A stretch of DNA of 64,000 nt, taken from contig NC_043008.1 in assembly GCF_006345805.1 (NCBI RefSeq), positions 41,664,001 through 41,728,000 on the forward strand, read 5' to 3'. Shown piece by piece: positions 25,259 to 39,399 of this stretch; position 1 is the stretch's first letter; every line of letters starts with the position of its first letter. The notes beneath the pieces were generated by a model. That model was not told the DNA's origin, made no database searches, and was given only the letters and a program-made list of their open reading frames with translations. A program made the translations under genes and the position numbers. The stretch comes from Octopus sinensis. Taxonomy: Eukaryota.

Positions 25259-25974
25259 ATATATTATATATATATAATATATATATATAATATATATATA
25301 TATATATGTATATATACATGGTTGTTGATTATATATGGCTGTTGATTATTAAATAAAACGGTAGCATACTGAAATAATTTAAATTCAAAATTCAGAAAGG
25401 ATTCTACTTCGTCAAACAAAAGATTCCCAGCGGATTTCTGAAATTATGAATAATTTTAGCAACTATCGCATAATATATCATAATATTGTTTTCATTGTAA
25501 CTTAGATCTAAAATATTTTTCCCTTCAAAGATTTATCCATTTTAGGACACCCAAAAACTATATATAACAGATATACATATACATTGATACGTAAATCATA
25601 TAAAACGACCGTTGTCTTTCTCACGTACTAACTCTGTTGTTTAACGTTGACCATGGCTATACGAAGATATATGGATGCCCGTGGAACCTCTTTTGAAGCA
25701 GATAAGCTGTTTTCCATTCCAATCTACCCTCTGCACTCCACCGCTGGTTAATCACGGTAACGATAGTCGACTTGGGATATAACATTTTGGCATTAATGTC
25801 GTAGCAGTCTTTGTGGTCACCATTCAAAGGACCAGAACAAGTTCCACACGATATCTCGCTTAATTCTTTCACAGTTCTTTCCAGACATCATTTTGGTTTA
25901 GTATATTTTTAACAACTGTGAACAAATAAGGAGGAAAGCTGATCTCACGTAATATGAACTAATAGCGTGGTGAC

Positions 25975-27005
25975 TCAAAACAAGGCCAGCTATTTTTATT
26001 TGAGTTGGTAGTTCAATTATATTACCCCCGCTTTTTGACTGATACTTTATTTTATCGACCCCGAGTGTATGAAAGATATTTGAATTCTATATTTCATGTA
26101 CAAGAAGAAATGCCGTAAAGCATTTTCTCTGAAGAGCTAACAATTTTGCCAGCTCACATTATTAGACGGAGCAAATAATCCTTTCTATTGAGGGCACACT
26201 GCCTGAAAGTTTGGAGAAGGGGGCTAGTGTTTTACATTGACCACAGTGCTTAACCGATATTTATGTTACCGAACCCGAAAAGGTGAAGGATAAAGTTAAC
26301 CGCGGAAGAAATTCGATTATGCATTTTATCCGTCGCGCTAACTATTCTGTCAGATCAATGAGTTAGTCGGAACAAATAATGGTTATAAATGTTGGTACAA
26401 GGCCAGCGATTCGTTGAAAGGGGTTAAGTCGATTACATCGACCCAAGTGCTGAACTGGTACTTATTATATCGATACCGAAATGATGAAAGACAAAATCAC
26501 CCTCGGCGGAATTTGATCTCTGAACGTAAAGGCAGACAGGTGAAATGCGGTTAAGCATTTTGCCCGGCGTGCTAACGATCCTGCCAGGTCGCCAGTATAG
26601 TGGGAGCAAATGAACTTTTATACTCTGGGAACAAGGCCCGAAATTTTTTGTGGGGAGGAGGGCCAGTCGATTAGATCGTATCCAGTACGCAACTGGTACT
26701 TATTTTATAGACACCGAAAGGATGAAAGGCAAAGTCGACCTCGGCGAAATTTGAACTCAGAAGGTAACGGCAGACGAAATACCTGTTTCTTTACAACCCA
26801 TAAGGGGCTAAACACAGAGGGGACTAACAAGGACAGACAAACGGATTAAGTCGATTACATCGACCGCAGTGCGTAACAGGAACTTAATTAATCGACCCCG
26901 AAAGGATGAAAGGCAAAGTCGACCTCGGCGGAATTTGAACTCAGAACGTAGCGGCAGACGAAATACGGCTACGCATTTCGCCCGGCGTGCTAACGTTTCT
27001 GACAG
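25975..27005 (-). mobile_element. Head-to-tail array of five type A SINEs
   Basis: Five reverse-complement cores near 26050, 26265, 26465, 26705 and 26890, all in the same orientation. Confidence 0.85.
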
Positions 27006-27609
27006 TCGGAAGAATTAATACTAGGCATTTTATCCTACATTGTAATCCTTCTATCAATTTACTGTCTTTCCTTTCTATGCAAATACAAGAAAAACAAGCC
27101 TTTGCAATGTATACACAGCGAACACAGTATGCTCGACAGACTATAATTATTGGTCTATTCCACAGCGACAATACTATCTAACCTCTTCGCATACATATTA
27201 AATACGTGTTCTCGTGCTCCATATAACTCTTTCTATTACCAGGTTCACATTCCAGAACTGAGGAAAGAAATCCAGAGGTCGACAGTTACGTACCCCCCCC
27301 CACCACCACCACCACCACCATAAATATAATACCCTCTTCTAGTGAAAAACTAGAATAATTAAAAATCTAACAGACAATTTTATTTGAAAAGAGAACAGTA
27401 TTCTGTTAGTGACTTTGGAATTGAAAATAAATTTCAAGATTTTAAACCATAAAACCTACGTGAAATAATAACATGCATTTTGAACAAGCTGGTAATAAAA
27501 ATTATTTTTTTCTGAAAGGGAATCACTATATTGCAGTTTAAATTACAAAAATAATTCGCATACAGAGGATGACAATTGAAATAGAAATCACAAGCACCTA
27601 TATGCATAT

Positions 27610-27686
<77 letters not shown>

Positions 27687-27692
27687 CATATT

Positions 27693-27779
<87 letters not shown>

Positions 27780-28457
27780 TACATATACACCAAGTATTTA
27801 TATATATATATAAAGGGAAAGTTTACAAAATAAACAAAAGACGAAGGCAGGTGGTGTACAAACAAACAAATATATTAGTATAGCGCTGAGGAATAGAAAA
27901 AGTATATTTTACGTTTCGAGCCTACGCTCTTCTACAGAAAGCTACACAGAAACAAACGAGGAGAGAAAAAAAAGGAGAGAAAAAACTATATATATATTTA
28001 TATATATGGATATATATGTATGCATATATATAGAGAGAGATACATACATACATACATACATACATACATACATACATACATACATACATACATACATACA
28101 TACATACACCAATACATACATATCTGTTTAGGTGCGCGCGTTTATTCACACATACACATACTCATATACATTCAAACTTACTGACACATACGTATAAATA
28201 TATGCCGAGGTTTATATTCGTGAATGATAAAAAGAAAAGTGCGCATCCTGCATTGACCTGTTTCAGTTTGAATTAAAATTAGCCACTTATACATATTCAT
28301 ATGAATATGTTAATATATTTTTCCCTATATTTAGGTGATGAAATTTTGCATCATTATAACGTAAGAATGCAAATAGATAGCTAGCTACCTAGATAGACAC
28401 ACAGACAGATACATACATACATACATACATACATACATACATACATACATACATACA

Positions 28458-28491
<34 letters not shown>

Positions 28492-28745
28492 CATGCATAT
28501 ATACATACATACGTACATACATAGACGGATAGATAGGTATCCAGGAGACAGACATACACATACAAACGTACATAGTTACATAGAAAAATAGTATATTCAT
28601 GCTTACATATATTTTATATAGTCTGTGTGTCAGTTCTCTGATCTGCTATTCTCTCTTTTATTGTTCCTCCTTCTCTCTCTCTCCCTCTCTCTCTCTCTCT
28701 CTTTCACCCCTATTTATATATATATATTATATATATATATATATA

Positions 28746-28776
<31 letters not shown>

Positions 28777-29535
28777 GTGTGTATATATATATATATATAA
28801 TATATATATATATATATTATATATATATATATATATATACACATACACACACACATATATACACACACAAGCATATAGATATATACATGTTCGTTCGTGC
28901 ACACTGTATGCGTATGTGTGTGTATTGATCACATTTGATATAATTTCGAGTGAAATAGGATTAAAATGTGCCTCTGCAATAAACCAAGTAGTAAGAACGA
29001 CATCTTTCGCAGAGACATGATAATAAAATAGTATATATATTGAATAGGACCATGTATATATATACATACTGATGTTGAAGTTTAAAAAAATACAGCTTTC
29101 ATTGGAAAAACAATTTTCTCAAGGAACAATGATTACAATAATTTAATAGAATCTTCCAGTACTAGACTACAAATTGTATTCAAGATAATATTATATAGTC
29201 GGATAAAAATATTAAAATAATAAAAGTACAAAGAAATAATGATGAGAAAAGCAAAGGAAGACGAAGGAGGAGGAGGAGAAGAAGAAGAAGAAGAAGAAGA
29301 AGAAGAAGAAGAAGATGATGATGATGATGATGATGATGACGGTGACGGTGGTGATGGTGATAGTGGTGATGATGATGATGATGATGATGATGAAGGAATG
29401 AGACTAGCAGGGTGGGGGAAAATGAACAGAAGTGTGAAAGAGAAGAAAATGGAAAACAAACAAAAGTAACTAACAGTCAAATTTTGATAAAAAAGAACAT
29501 TGGACAACATCTAAATAAAATGCATCAACATTGAG

Positions 29536-29586
<51 letters not shown>

Positions 29587-29751
29587 TATATATAATATAT
29601 ATATATATATGTATATATATATAAACACATAATATACATACATATAGAATATATATATGTACATATATTTATGTATATATATATATATGTGTGTATATAT
29701 ATATATAGTCTAAATATATGTATATATACATAAAAATACATATATATATGT

Positions 29752-29805
<54 letters not shown>

Positions 29806-30166
29806 TATATATATTATATTATATATATATATATACATATATACATATGTATATGAATATAGGTTTGTCATGTTTTTTTTGTTAAATATGTACGTATTTT
29901 TTTTTATTGAATACCTATTTGTATTATTCTGATTCACACAACACTTATTTGTATAATACTAATTGTATATCTCACGTCTATATTTAGAACTCTCCGACTG
30001 ACAATCACCTGAATTTTGTTTTTATAGTACAAGTCTTCGTGACTATTTTTTCTAAAACTGTATTCCACTTAATTATATTACAACTTCTTCAGCTAGCTAC
30101 ATCTGTATGCACACACAACACATACGAACACAAATGCCCGTATACACATACACACACACACACAAA

Positions 30167-30207
<41 letters not shown>

Positions 30208-30327
30208 TAGTCTAAATATATATATATATTATATAATATATATATATATGCACGTATGTATATATATATATATGTATTATATATATATATACATTTATAT
30301 ATATATATATTTATTTATATATATATA

Positions 30328-30373
<46 letters not shown>

Positions 30374-30430
30374 TGTATATATGTATGAATATGCATGTAT
30401 GCATATGCGTATATATATATAAATATATAT

Positions 30431-30465
<35 letters not shown>

Positions 30466-30466
30466 T

Positions 30467-30552
<86 letters not shown>
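27610..30552. repeat. Microsatellite-dominated block: (CA)n, (TA)n, (TACA)n, (GAA)n, (GAT)n, (GATA)n
   Basis: Read directly; source of the poly-YI, poly-S and poly-E/D ORFs. Confidence 0.95.
27812..27990 (-). mobile_element. Solo Penelope-like terminal module inside (TA)n, with hammerhead-like motif at 27907-27940
   Basis: Minus: TTT CTGTAGA A GAGC GTAG GCTC GAAA CGT A AAA; TA tracts on both sides. Confidence 0.6.
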
Positions 30553-30553
<1 letters not shown>

Positions 30554-31859
30554 CACATGCAGACATATAAATATATATACCGATACGTATAGGGACAGGG
30601 ATGGCCAAACCAAAATGTGAGAGAGAAAAGCAAATAATATTTTTGGAAGTCAATGATAGCGTCAGGGTGTTAGAGAAACAGAGTGAAAATGAAAAATGGG
30701 AAGAGAACTTTATTAGTTCTTTCTTTCCTTATTTCTAGAACAAAATTTAAAAAAAGAACCAACTATTTCAGGTAGCCATAAACTGTTCCATAATATAGAT
30801 TTTTACACTTACGTTCTTTTTTTAAAAATTTCGCTTTTAAACTAACTTTCATGACCGCCATTTTAGGAGATGTATGATTCCCTGTACTGAAATGTTTAAC
30901 AAGTGTGTCATACTTAGTCGAACATTTTTATATAAAATTACAAAGGAATTTAATTGTCAGCAAAGATTCCACTTCATATATGGTTTCGATGATAAAGAGT
31001 ATTCGTGTCTTTAAATATCCTTTCAAGTGATTCGTACATTCTGCCCTAAACGATACTGCGATTCGAGACGTAACAAAGATTGTACTCTTTTCATGATTAT
31101 TTATCATTGGTAGAGCAACAATGCTAATTCTGTTAAGTTCATACATAAACCTGAATAACCAGACAATCAAGTTCGAATATCTCATCAATATATATTTGTA
31201 CGTGTAGTATATCGCCTTCAACGGGATATAATATAATGCAAAGTATATAAGTCAGGTTTATTTTACCACATAACGATGAAACTCTCGTTCTAAATAACGT
31301 TCTATGTTTGGAAATATTAATTCTTTATTTTCATATTCAACCTCATCTTCATTTTTATATTTCTTATATTTGGATTTGCTGTGAGTTAACGTTTGCAAAT
31401 TCATAAAGAGAAACAAGTGCGCTAGTATGTGAAATTACAAAAAAACGCTTCTCATAATTTTGTTAACCACCGAATGCAGGTATCCTTGTTGAAATGTAAT
31501 TTTATAAGTCAAGAGGCCACGATTTAGTGATATTTTGATATACCTAGTAAGTGCATCACCAACGCACGTTTCTTTGTTACCCCGTTTTCGGGCAACATAG
31601 AGAGAAATGTAATTAAATGATGCTGCTGTCTTAGCAACAGAAACTCTTTAAACGGTGATTCTTAACCCATATGCAATATTTCCCCTTCCTGAACTACTTC
31701 ACACATCTCAGAATTCTAAAACTCCTAAAATATTGCTTGTTTCATTGATACAGGTTATCTCCCATCTATGAAATCCCATGCGACCTTTAGACATTTCATT
31801 ATCTATACTTTAGAAGATTTTCAGGTCAATTCTTCAATTTTCAAAAAAATTGTCGATAC

Positions 31860-32037
31860 AAGGCGGCGAGGTGGCAGAATCATTAGCGCGCTGGACGAAA
31901 TGCTTAGCGGTATTTCGTGTGCCGATAGGTTCTGATTTCAAATTCCGGCAAAGTCGATTTTGCGATGTTGGTGGAGACAAACACAGACACACAAACACAC
32001 ACACACACACACACACACCACACACACACACACATAT

Positions 32038-32096
<59 letters not shown>

Positions 32097-32270
32097 GCAT
32101 ATACATATATACGATGGGTTTCTTTCAGTTCCGTCTACCAAATCAATTCACTTTGGACGGCCCGAGGCTAAAGTAGAAGACACTTGCCCAAGGTGCCGCG
32201 CAGTGGGACTGAACCCAGAATCATGTGGTTGGTAAGCAAGCTACTTACCACACAACCACTCTTGCGCATA
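31860..32270. mobile_element. 5' half of a type A SINE (+) fused to the 5' half of a type B SINE (-)
   Basis: A head 31860-31960 stops inside its core; the B element runs from its internal CA/TA tract to its head at about 32260. Confidence 0.75.
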
Positions 32271-34428
32271 TTTTATAAAAATATTAAATACAGAATTAGC
32301 CGCATAAATATAAACTTTAAACCCACTTAACCCAAAATAGTCTCCATGAACTAGTATTTTACAAAGCCATTAAGACAATGCCCACCAATTTGTATTCAAT
32401 GTGGCCAAAACATCTCTCTAAAATTCAATGGATTTTCATCAGAATGATGATTTAAATAATGTTCAACGATAACTTTGATCTCAATGTAACCAAAAAATTT
32501 GGTGTCCGATTAATTTGTTAAATATTAACTCTAAACGAATAATAGGTGAAATCTGCGACAACAGAGAACGCAACGGAGAACGCAAGTGTTTTCTGTTGAA
32601 ATCCAGCAGTTTATCTCACGAACAAACTGTTCACTCTATACAGCAACAACCTCACTTGCAGCAGTAATATAGCGATAAATCGACCGAGGTGATAAAATCA
32701 ATACTATATACCTTGTTTGTAACTAATAATAATTTAAACTTGGAACGTTCAGATGTATAAAGTCTGATGGTGCAACGAGATGTAAATAAAAACAGCAAGG
32801 TTTGTTTTTAGACTTGAGAAAACGCAGTGGCCATGACTCTTTACAGGGCCTCTGAGAGTGGTGGGAGGGAGGAAGCTATTTTTAAAGATAAGACCTGTCT
32901 CCAAACTTTTTCAACAGAAATTCGCATGCAGTGGTGCTAAACTGGAAATTTTCGGTCAACCACCCAATCGTAAATAACAAATTTTGCTACGTTTCAGAAA
33001 TATTTTTCAAACATTTATCATGTAATATTTCTACCATCGTTTCTTTACTTTCTTGTTTGTTTACTTGCTTTATCTTGTATTTTTTTATTTTCCTACTGAA
33101 ATCTGACCTCAATTCTTCTGAGTAGAAACCTGGAATAATGACCTTGTTTTATAAAAAGAAAATCACTTCCAAAACCATGACATTTGTTCTTAATACCACG
33201 CAATGCAAGCATCACGAAGCCGTCGACTATTCGTTGCGACACGCACACTTCTGACACTTCGTTTCAGCGATTTCTTGAACCAAATCAAATAAAAAAATAA
33301 AAGAAAATCCCATAATCCAAAATATAAACATGATTACAATCTTAGATTTAACATAGTCTACTAAGTTGGGAAACAAATTCTTTGGATATAGTTCTGGCAA
33401 ATTCTTGGAATGCAGTATGATTTTGTTTTCATTTTTATTTTTATTTTTATACGTTAAAGTCTTCTCTGTCTGCTACGTTGAACTAATTTTTCTCTCGATA
33501 TATATTTTTCGTTTTGTAATGTTTAATATATTTCTACATTTCTACATTCTGTATGTTTCTCATGCGTAAATAACCATAAGGTATTTTGTATTAACGGAGA
33601 ATAACCACATCTAAAAGCAGATACTTTCATTCACAGGAACTTAAAACCACTTTACTTAAATCTTCAGCTGCGCATTTTCCATCCTTATATATTATAACAT
33701 TCGCAAACTTTGCAATACACTTTGCACAGAAGAAACGGGATGCCGTCTTGCTGTTCCTTTTCGTGAACGGATTCTGGGCATACTACTCTGGGATCTGAGC
33801 CAACATGTCACTACATCAGGATATTCACATCTCTGCACATCATGGATTTGGCATACTTAATTAAATAGATCAGTCGTGTCAAACTCAGAACCCTGTCACT
33901 GACGAATTCAAATGAACATTTTTACTCCTATCCCGTGAGCCACACTTAGTTCAGTAATTCCTTTCTTAATCTTCAGCTCCATTCAGACCTGACATTTTCT
34001 TTCCACCTCACCCTTGCCTGCTTTTTTTCCTTTCTTCATTTCCTTTTCCTTTTCACTTTTTCATCCAGATACTTTCTCCTCCTGTCAGGATATGTAAGCT
34101 CAGGTTGTCTTGTGTCCCCCTTGAGTTACAACCAGTTGCTCAAGTTTAGATAATCTAAAACTCGGCTGTCATATTTGTACTGAAAACATGTGAAATTGGG
34201 TTTTGTAATATTAACAAACCATCTAAATCTCCACTACTCGATCCCAGTTTTGTCACTGAAAGTATTTGTGGCAGTTACTGCATTTCTAACTGGATTATTA
34301 GCGATAGATTCCCAAAATCATAAATGTTCTTTATCCGACTAGACAGCTAATTCAGATCCAGATTCTAGTAGAAGTCCCTAGCACCTGAGATAAGCTCTAT
34401 TCTAGCAAATGTTCTCGGTTAATATCTC

Positions 34429-34647
34429 TTTCTTTATTACCCACAAGGGGCTAAACATAGAGGAGACAAACAAGGACAGATAAAGGGATTAAGTCGATTA
34501 CATCGACCCCAGTGCGTAACTGGTACTTAATTTATCCGAAAGGATGAAAGGCAAAGTATACCTCGGCGGAATTTGAACTCAGAATGTAGCGGCAGACGAA
34601 ATACGGCTACACATTTCGCCCGGTGTGCTAACGATTCTGCCAGCTCG
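34429..34647 (-). mobile_element. Young type A SINE with flanking direct repeat
   Basis: CTCGGTTAATATCTC at 34414-34428 and 34644-34658 (partly overlapping the SINE head). Confidence 0.9.
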
Positions 34648-34649
34648 GT

Positions 34650-35170
34650 TAATATCTCAAGAAGTAGTTTCTACCTAATGGCAAAAAACAATTGTTTACT
34701 TAGTTTTCAAGACGTCTAGTAATCTCCAATTCAATATAGGTCCATTAAAGATCAAAACAAAGTTATTTAAATCGAACTCTAGCGCGCCCAACATTTACTC
34801 GTTCACTAATCTTAACCTCCTTTGTGACAACTAGCATGAGTTTCGGTTTACCACGTCTACTGCTAATATATTTACAGACCGCAAAAATTATATTTTAGGT
34901 AACGGCTTTAATACCCACTTTATCGAGAAGCTATGCCATAAACGGTTACTCCATACACTAATCGATTGTAACACAAGTGATGGAATCTTTTTCACCATCA
35001 GATCATTCCTAACAGGAAAAGATATGAAAATTATGATCAACAGCATGTTCTCTGGGTGTTATGAAATCAGTGAATGCATGCAACATGTTTCTCTCCAAGG
35101 AACTACCCTCTCCCTACTGTTCATTAATGATTTATCTCACAAAATAACATCTATCATTGATAGTAATAAA
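34650..35170 (+). mobile_element. Old CR1/Jockey-group reverse transcriptase remnant
   Basis: IEKLCHKRLLHTL..IRSFLTGKDMKIMIN..LQGTTLSLLFINDL resembles DKVWH.LL..SFL.R..V..QGS.L.LF.IND. Confidence 0.6.
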
Positions 35171-36837
35171 AACGCCCTTTACATTTTCACAGCTAAGAAC
35201 GTGCAATCAGCTAAAGTTGTCATGTTGATTGGTCGTAATTTTACATCTCAACGATGATTGGCCACAAGGATCAGTAAGAATATTTAAGACACAACGTGGG
35301 GTTGCTTTTCAGAGTATCTCTGACCGCTGGATATAACAGTCAAGTCATACTCAAATTACACCCTAAAGAAGGATATACTAGAAATTGTGGGCAAATATAA
35401 CAGAATGGTAAGTCCTTGTATAGTTTTCAGATTAAGAGTGACAGTAACTAACAAAATGAGAACGTTTAATGTTATAACAAGGCGACAAATTTGTAAGGGT
35501 GTGAGTAGGAGTTTATTGTTGATTTAATATTGGAAGACTCGTGTTTCCATAATCTATAATGTTGTGTGGATGAAATCGGAAATCAGCTTAGGTGTGATTA
35601 GAGCTTAGAAGATTGGGATAGAATATAAAAGGCTGCTCGTCCTACCCCATCATGTCGTCCTCGCATTTAATGTAAGTTAGCACAAGAGAGTATGTCCTGC
35701 CGAATTTAAGTGAAAGGAAATGAGTAAATATTCATAATAAAGGGGATTTCTTTCAGCTTTAGATAATGTACTTTTTCTTGTTTGTTTTTTGTTTTTTATT
35801 GTTTTTTTTTGCTTAATGCTGCCTTTTACGTCGTCTTTGTTTTCTGTGTTTTTTCAAACATTTATCGCAATCTATATAATCCAAGATCAGAATGGAAATT
35901 TTTGTCTTATTGAAGAATTAATCTTCAAGTGTGTGTGTGACCGATAATATTTTCAGCAGGAGACAAAAAAAAATGGTAAAAAGAAATAATAATTCCGGAA
36001 ATTGATATGTAAATTATCCGGCATTATTATACACACTTCGAATTTACATAGCCGCTTTTTTCTTTCGTTTTATTTAATATTTAACGAAACAGTTATCATT
36101 CTTAAACCCGTTGTAAACAATAGACATTCACTTCCAAGTAACTTTTCTATAGTCTTTTACATATTTTAAAGCAACAACAACTACCAGAATAACAACAAAA
36201 TAAATAACTACAGACATTTCTATAAAAACAAACAGCAAAAAGAAATCGTTTGGAAAGGAAATAATAATTAATACATAATATATATTTTTGTGAACAGCAG
36301 AAACTCCTTTTATTCGAACTAGGGAATTATACGGATCAGATTATAATGTCAATGCATTGTACTAAAAAGAATTATGTTTGGTGCGAAAAGTTGATTATAT
36401 CACGGTTGAATAAATGTTTTCCAGGACAGATTTCAAAATGTAGTTACACAACCACCTCCATGTCTTCTGTAAGCCGTCATCCTCAAACAAATCTATTTAT
36501 GTGTGTATGGTGGTGTGTGTTTCTGTGTGTATTAAGTACATATATGCAAATAATACAACTAATATTGATAATAATAAATAAATAAATAAATAAAGCTGAG
36601 TAATATAATGTAATAAATAAATAATACACTTTAGACTGTCTTGTTAATATTCATTTATTTATTTGCAAAGTTTCATAGAGAAGAAGGAGAGAAATGCTGA
36701 GTGAAGACAAAACACACCATAAACCTTTATTTACTTCTATGAATATCGCTTTTGGGAAGGTGAGTGTGGGAGACGGGTGTAAGGGTAAAAAAGAGCAAAC
36801 ACACATAAGCATGTACACGCATACATGTACATACACA

Positions 36838-36917
<80 letters not shown>

Positions 36918-36973
36918 AAGATTTATATATGTGTGTGTACGTGTATGCATATATGTATATATATATATATGTC

Positions 36974-37310
36974 AGTATGTGGTATATGTTCATATGTGAG
37001 TGTATACATGTATGAGTGCTTGCATGTATGTTTACACGTAAATGTACAACTATGTATGTATATATGTATATATGTATGTAAGTATGTGGGTATATGTTCA
37101 TATGTGAGTGTATACATGTATGAGTCCTTGCATGTATTTTTGCACGTAAATGTACAGCTATGTATGTATATATGTATATATGTATATATGTATGTAAGTA
37201 TGTGGGTATATGTTCATATGTGAGTGTATATATGTATGTATACTTGCATGTATGTTTGCACGTAAATGTACAGCTATGCATGTATATACATATAAATATA
37301 TATATACATA
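36974..37310. repeat. Minisatellite, 3 units of 107-116 bp built from TA/TG-rich sequence
   Basis: AGTATGTGG(G)TATATGTTCATATGTGAGTGTATA starts at 36974, 37081 and 37197. Confidence 0.9.
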
Positions 37311-37387
37311 TGTATGTATATATGTATATACATATATATTTGTATATGTATTTATATATGCATATAAACATATCTCTCTCTCTCTCT

Positions 37388-37423
<36 letters not shown>

Positions 37424-38751
37424 GTGTATGTATGTATGTATGTATGTATGTATGTATGTACGTATGAATGTATGTATGTATAAATGTACATATACATAAA
37501 AAGAGTCGACATATATTGAAAGAAGCATACAGTAGACACAATATGAGAGAGCGAAAGCAATAACAAAGGAGATTGCGAGGAAAGCAAAAACAAGAAAAGA
37601 CATAATCATACATATCGAAGAGAGAGTGATGGAGACAGGCAAACAGAAACAGTGATAGAGACAGAGACAGAGAGAAAGAGAAAGAGAGGCGAGATAGTTA
37701 GATGCAGCAAACAGCCAAGGAGAGAGTACAAATGAGAGAGTTTGACAATAAGCGAGATATGGAATAATACAAGGATCAATATTTTTAACGAAGACATTCT
37801 ATAATGATTATATGTATATTTTGTTTTTTATTATTTTACAAATCATATTTATATATCAGCGTTGTTTTTGTTGGTTTTTCTTGACTCTATCACGTAGATC
37901 TGTTTACCGACATATCACAGCATAATCAGATCATAAGCTGACAAGCAGAACTATACATGGAAACGAAGAAAGCGAAGTTTTGTTTGGATAATTGCATGGT
38001 AATATTAGTTTAAATCTGTTAAGTCTACTAAGATTGATTCAGTTTCAGCGTGGGATGAGACAAATATGTTGTGAGTCACGTTTTGAAAAATGTACATCCT
38101 TTCCAATACAGTCATACATAATGATTTTTTCGATATTTTTTTTCTGTTTTTTGAGTTATTTACAATAAAAACCAATAGAAAAGAAAAGCAAATTATAGAT
38201 TGATAATGTATTTAAACCATTACACTTTACTTGTTATGAATTAGATTTTTGCATCTTTTTTGCTTTAGATCGTATATATTTTTTTCATCCAAGAAATATT
38301 AAGTTTTAAGTAATCTTATATATGAAGCAATTGTGCTTTTTCAAGAAATATTCCAAAGCAGATGATATTGATTCCTTACTTAGACTAAGGCCACCGACTA
38401 ATAAGAAAATTGTTCTTCTGTTTAAAATCAAACGCAGTATATTACTGCTAGATGTTTCTGTATAAATACGAGAAGTAAATTGATAATCAAAGCCTACCTT
38501 GCTTTCAGTGTAAAGTTGTGAGAATCAAAACTAATAGAAATAAATCATTATAGGTTTACAAAATTCAATTGATATGAGTAGCATGTCCCTCAGTGGCAAA
38601 ACGAAAATGCTAAATGTAAAAAAGCTTCGTTGACTGAAAGTAATGTTTTTAAACCCAGTATAAAACATCAAGGATTTGGTGAACTCAGGAACGACGTTCT
38701 CATACACACAAACACAGAAACGCACACACACACACACATATATATACGTAA

Positions 38752-38813
<62 letters not shown>

Positions 38814-38858
38814 ATATGCTCACTATATATATATGTGTGTGTGTGTGTATATGCTCAC

Positions 38859-38896
<38 letters not shown>

Positions 38897-38898
38897 AG

Positions 38899-39396
38899 CA
38901 CAGGCACGCAGGAAGTAGATAGACACCTTTAATTTTCAAAATTTGTGATCTACGCGTCTTAATATGTCTTCTGCGGTGTAAAATTTACAAATTATTCTTT
39001 TTCATTCCAGGTGCCATTATATTAAACATTTGCGAAGGGTTATCATGCCACGCACAAAAAATTCAGCGGAACTGTCAGATTTTCAAAGACGTCGTATTAT
39101 TTGTCAATCTGAGGCTGATCTTAGCCAGCGGAAAATTGCCGAAAATCTTCAAAATTCCTTTTGCTACTGTTAATAGAAGTATAATCGAATGTGTTGGAAC
39201 CATAAACTCTGAGAAACATATCGAAATTTTTAAGCCAGGACTATTTCCTATTTATTCACACGATAACACAACGAAAAATGAGTTTTAATTCATGGAAGAT
39301 GGGGCTCCATGCCACACAGCGAAAGGGAATCAACAATAGTTGACTGAAAATGGGATCAAAAAGCTACCTTCGCCGAGCCAATCTCCTGATATGAAC
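38899..39396 (+). mobile_element. Tc1-family transposon remnant, internally deleted
   Basis: MPRTKNSAELSDFQRRRII..LSQRKIAENL (HTH start, ATG 39045) joined to [32 protein letters not shown] (DDE region). Confidence 0.85.
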
Positions 39397-39399
39397 ACA

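Noticed and set aside
25600-25960. Patchy similarity to 6612-6860 (AAATAAGGAGGAAA..ATATGAAC; ATGGA.GCC..TTTTCCATT)
   Set aside because: Probably one old repeat family, but the blocks are in different order and too short to define or classify by eye.
30928-31221. 97-aa minus-strand ORF in unique sequence
   Set aside because: No recognisable motif and no convincing donor to pair with the internal acceptor.
32546-32667. Possible terminal exon (G)EICDNRERNGERKCFLLK..QQ*
   Set aside because: The acceptor lacks a pyrimidine tract, and the ORF length is within chance.
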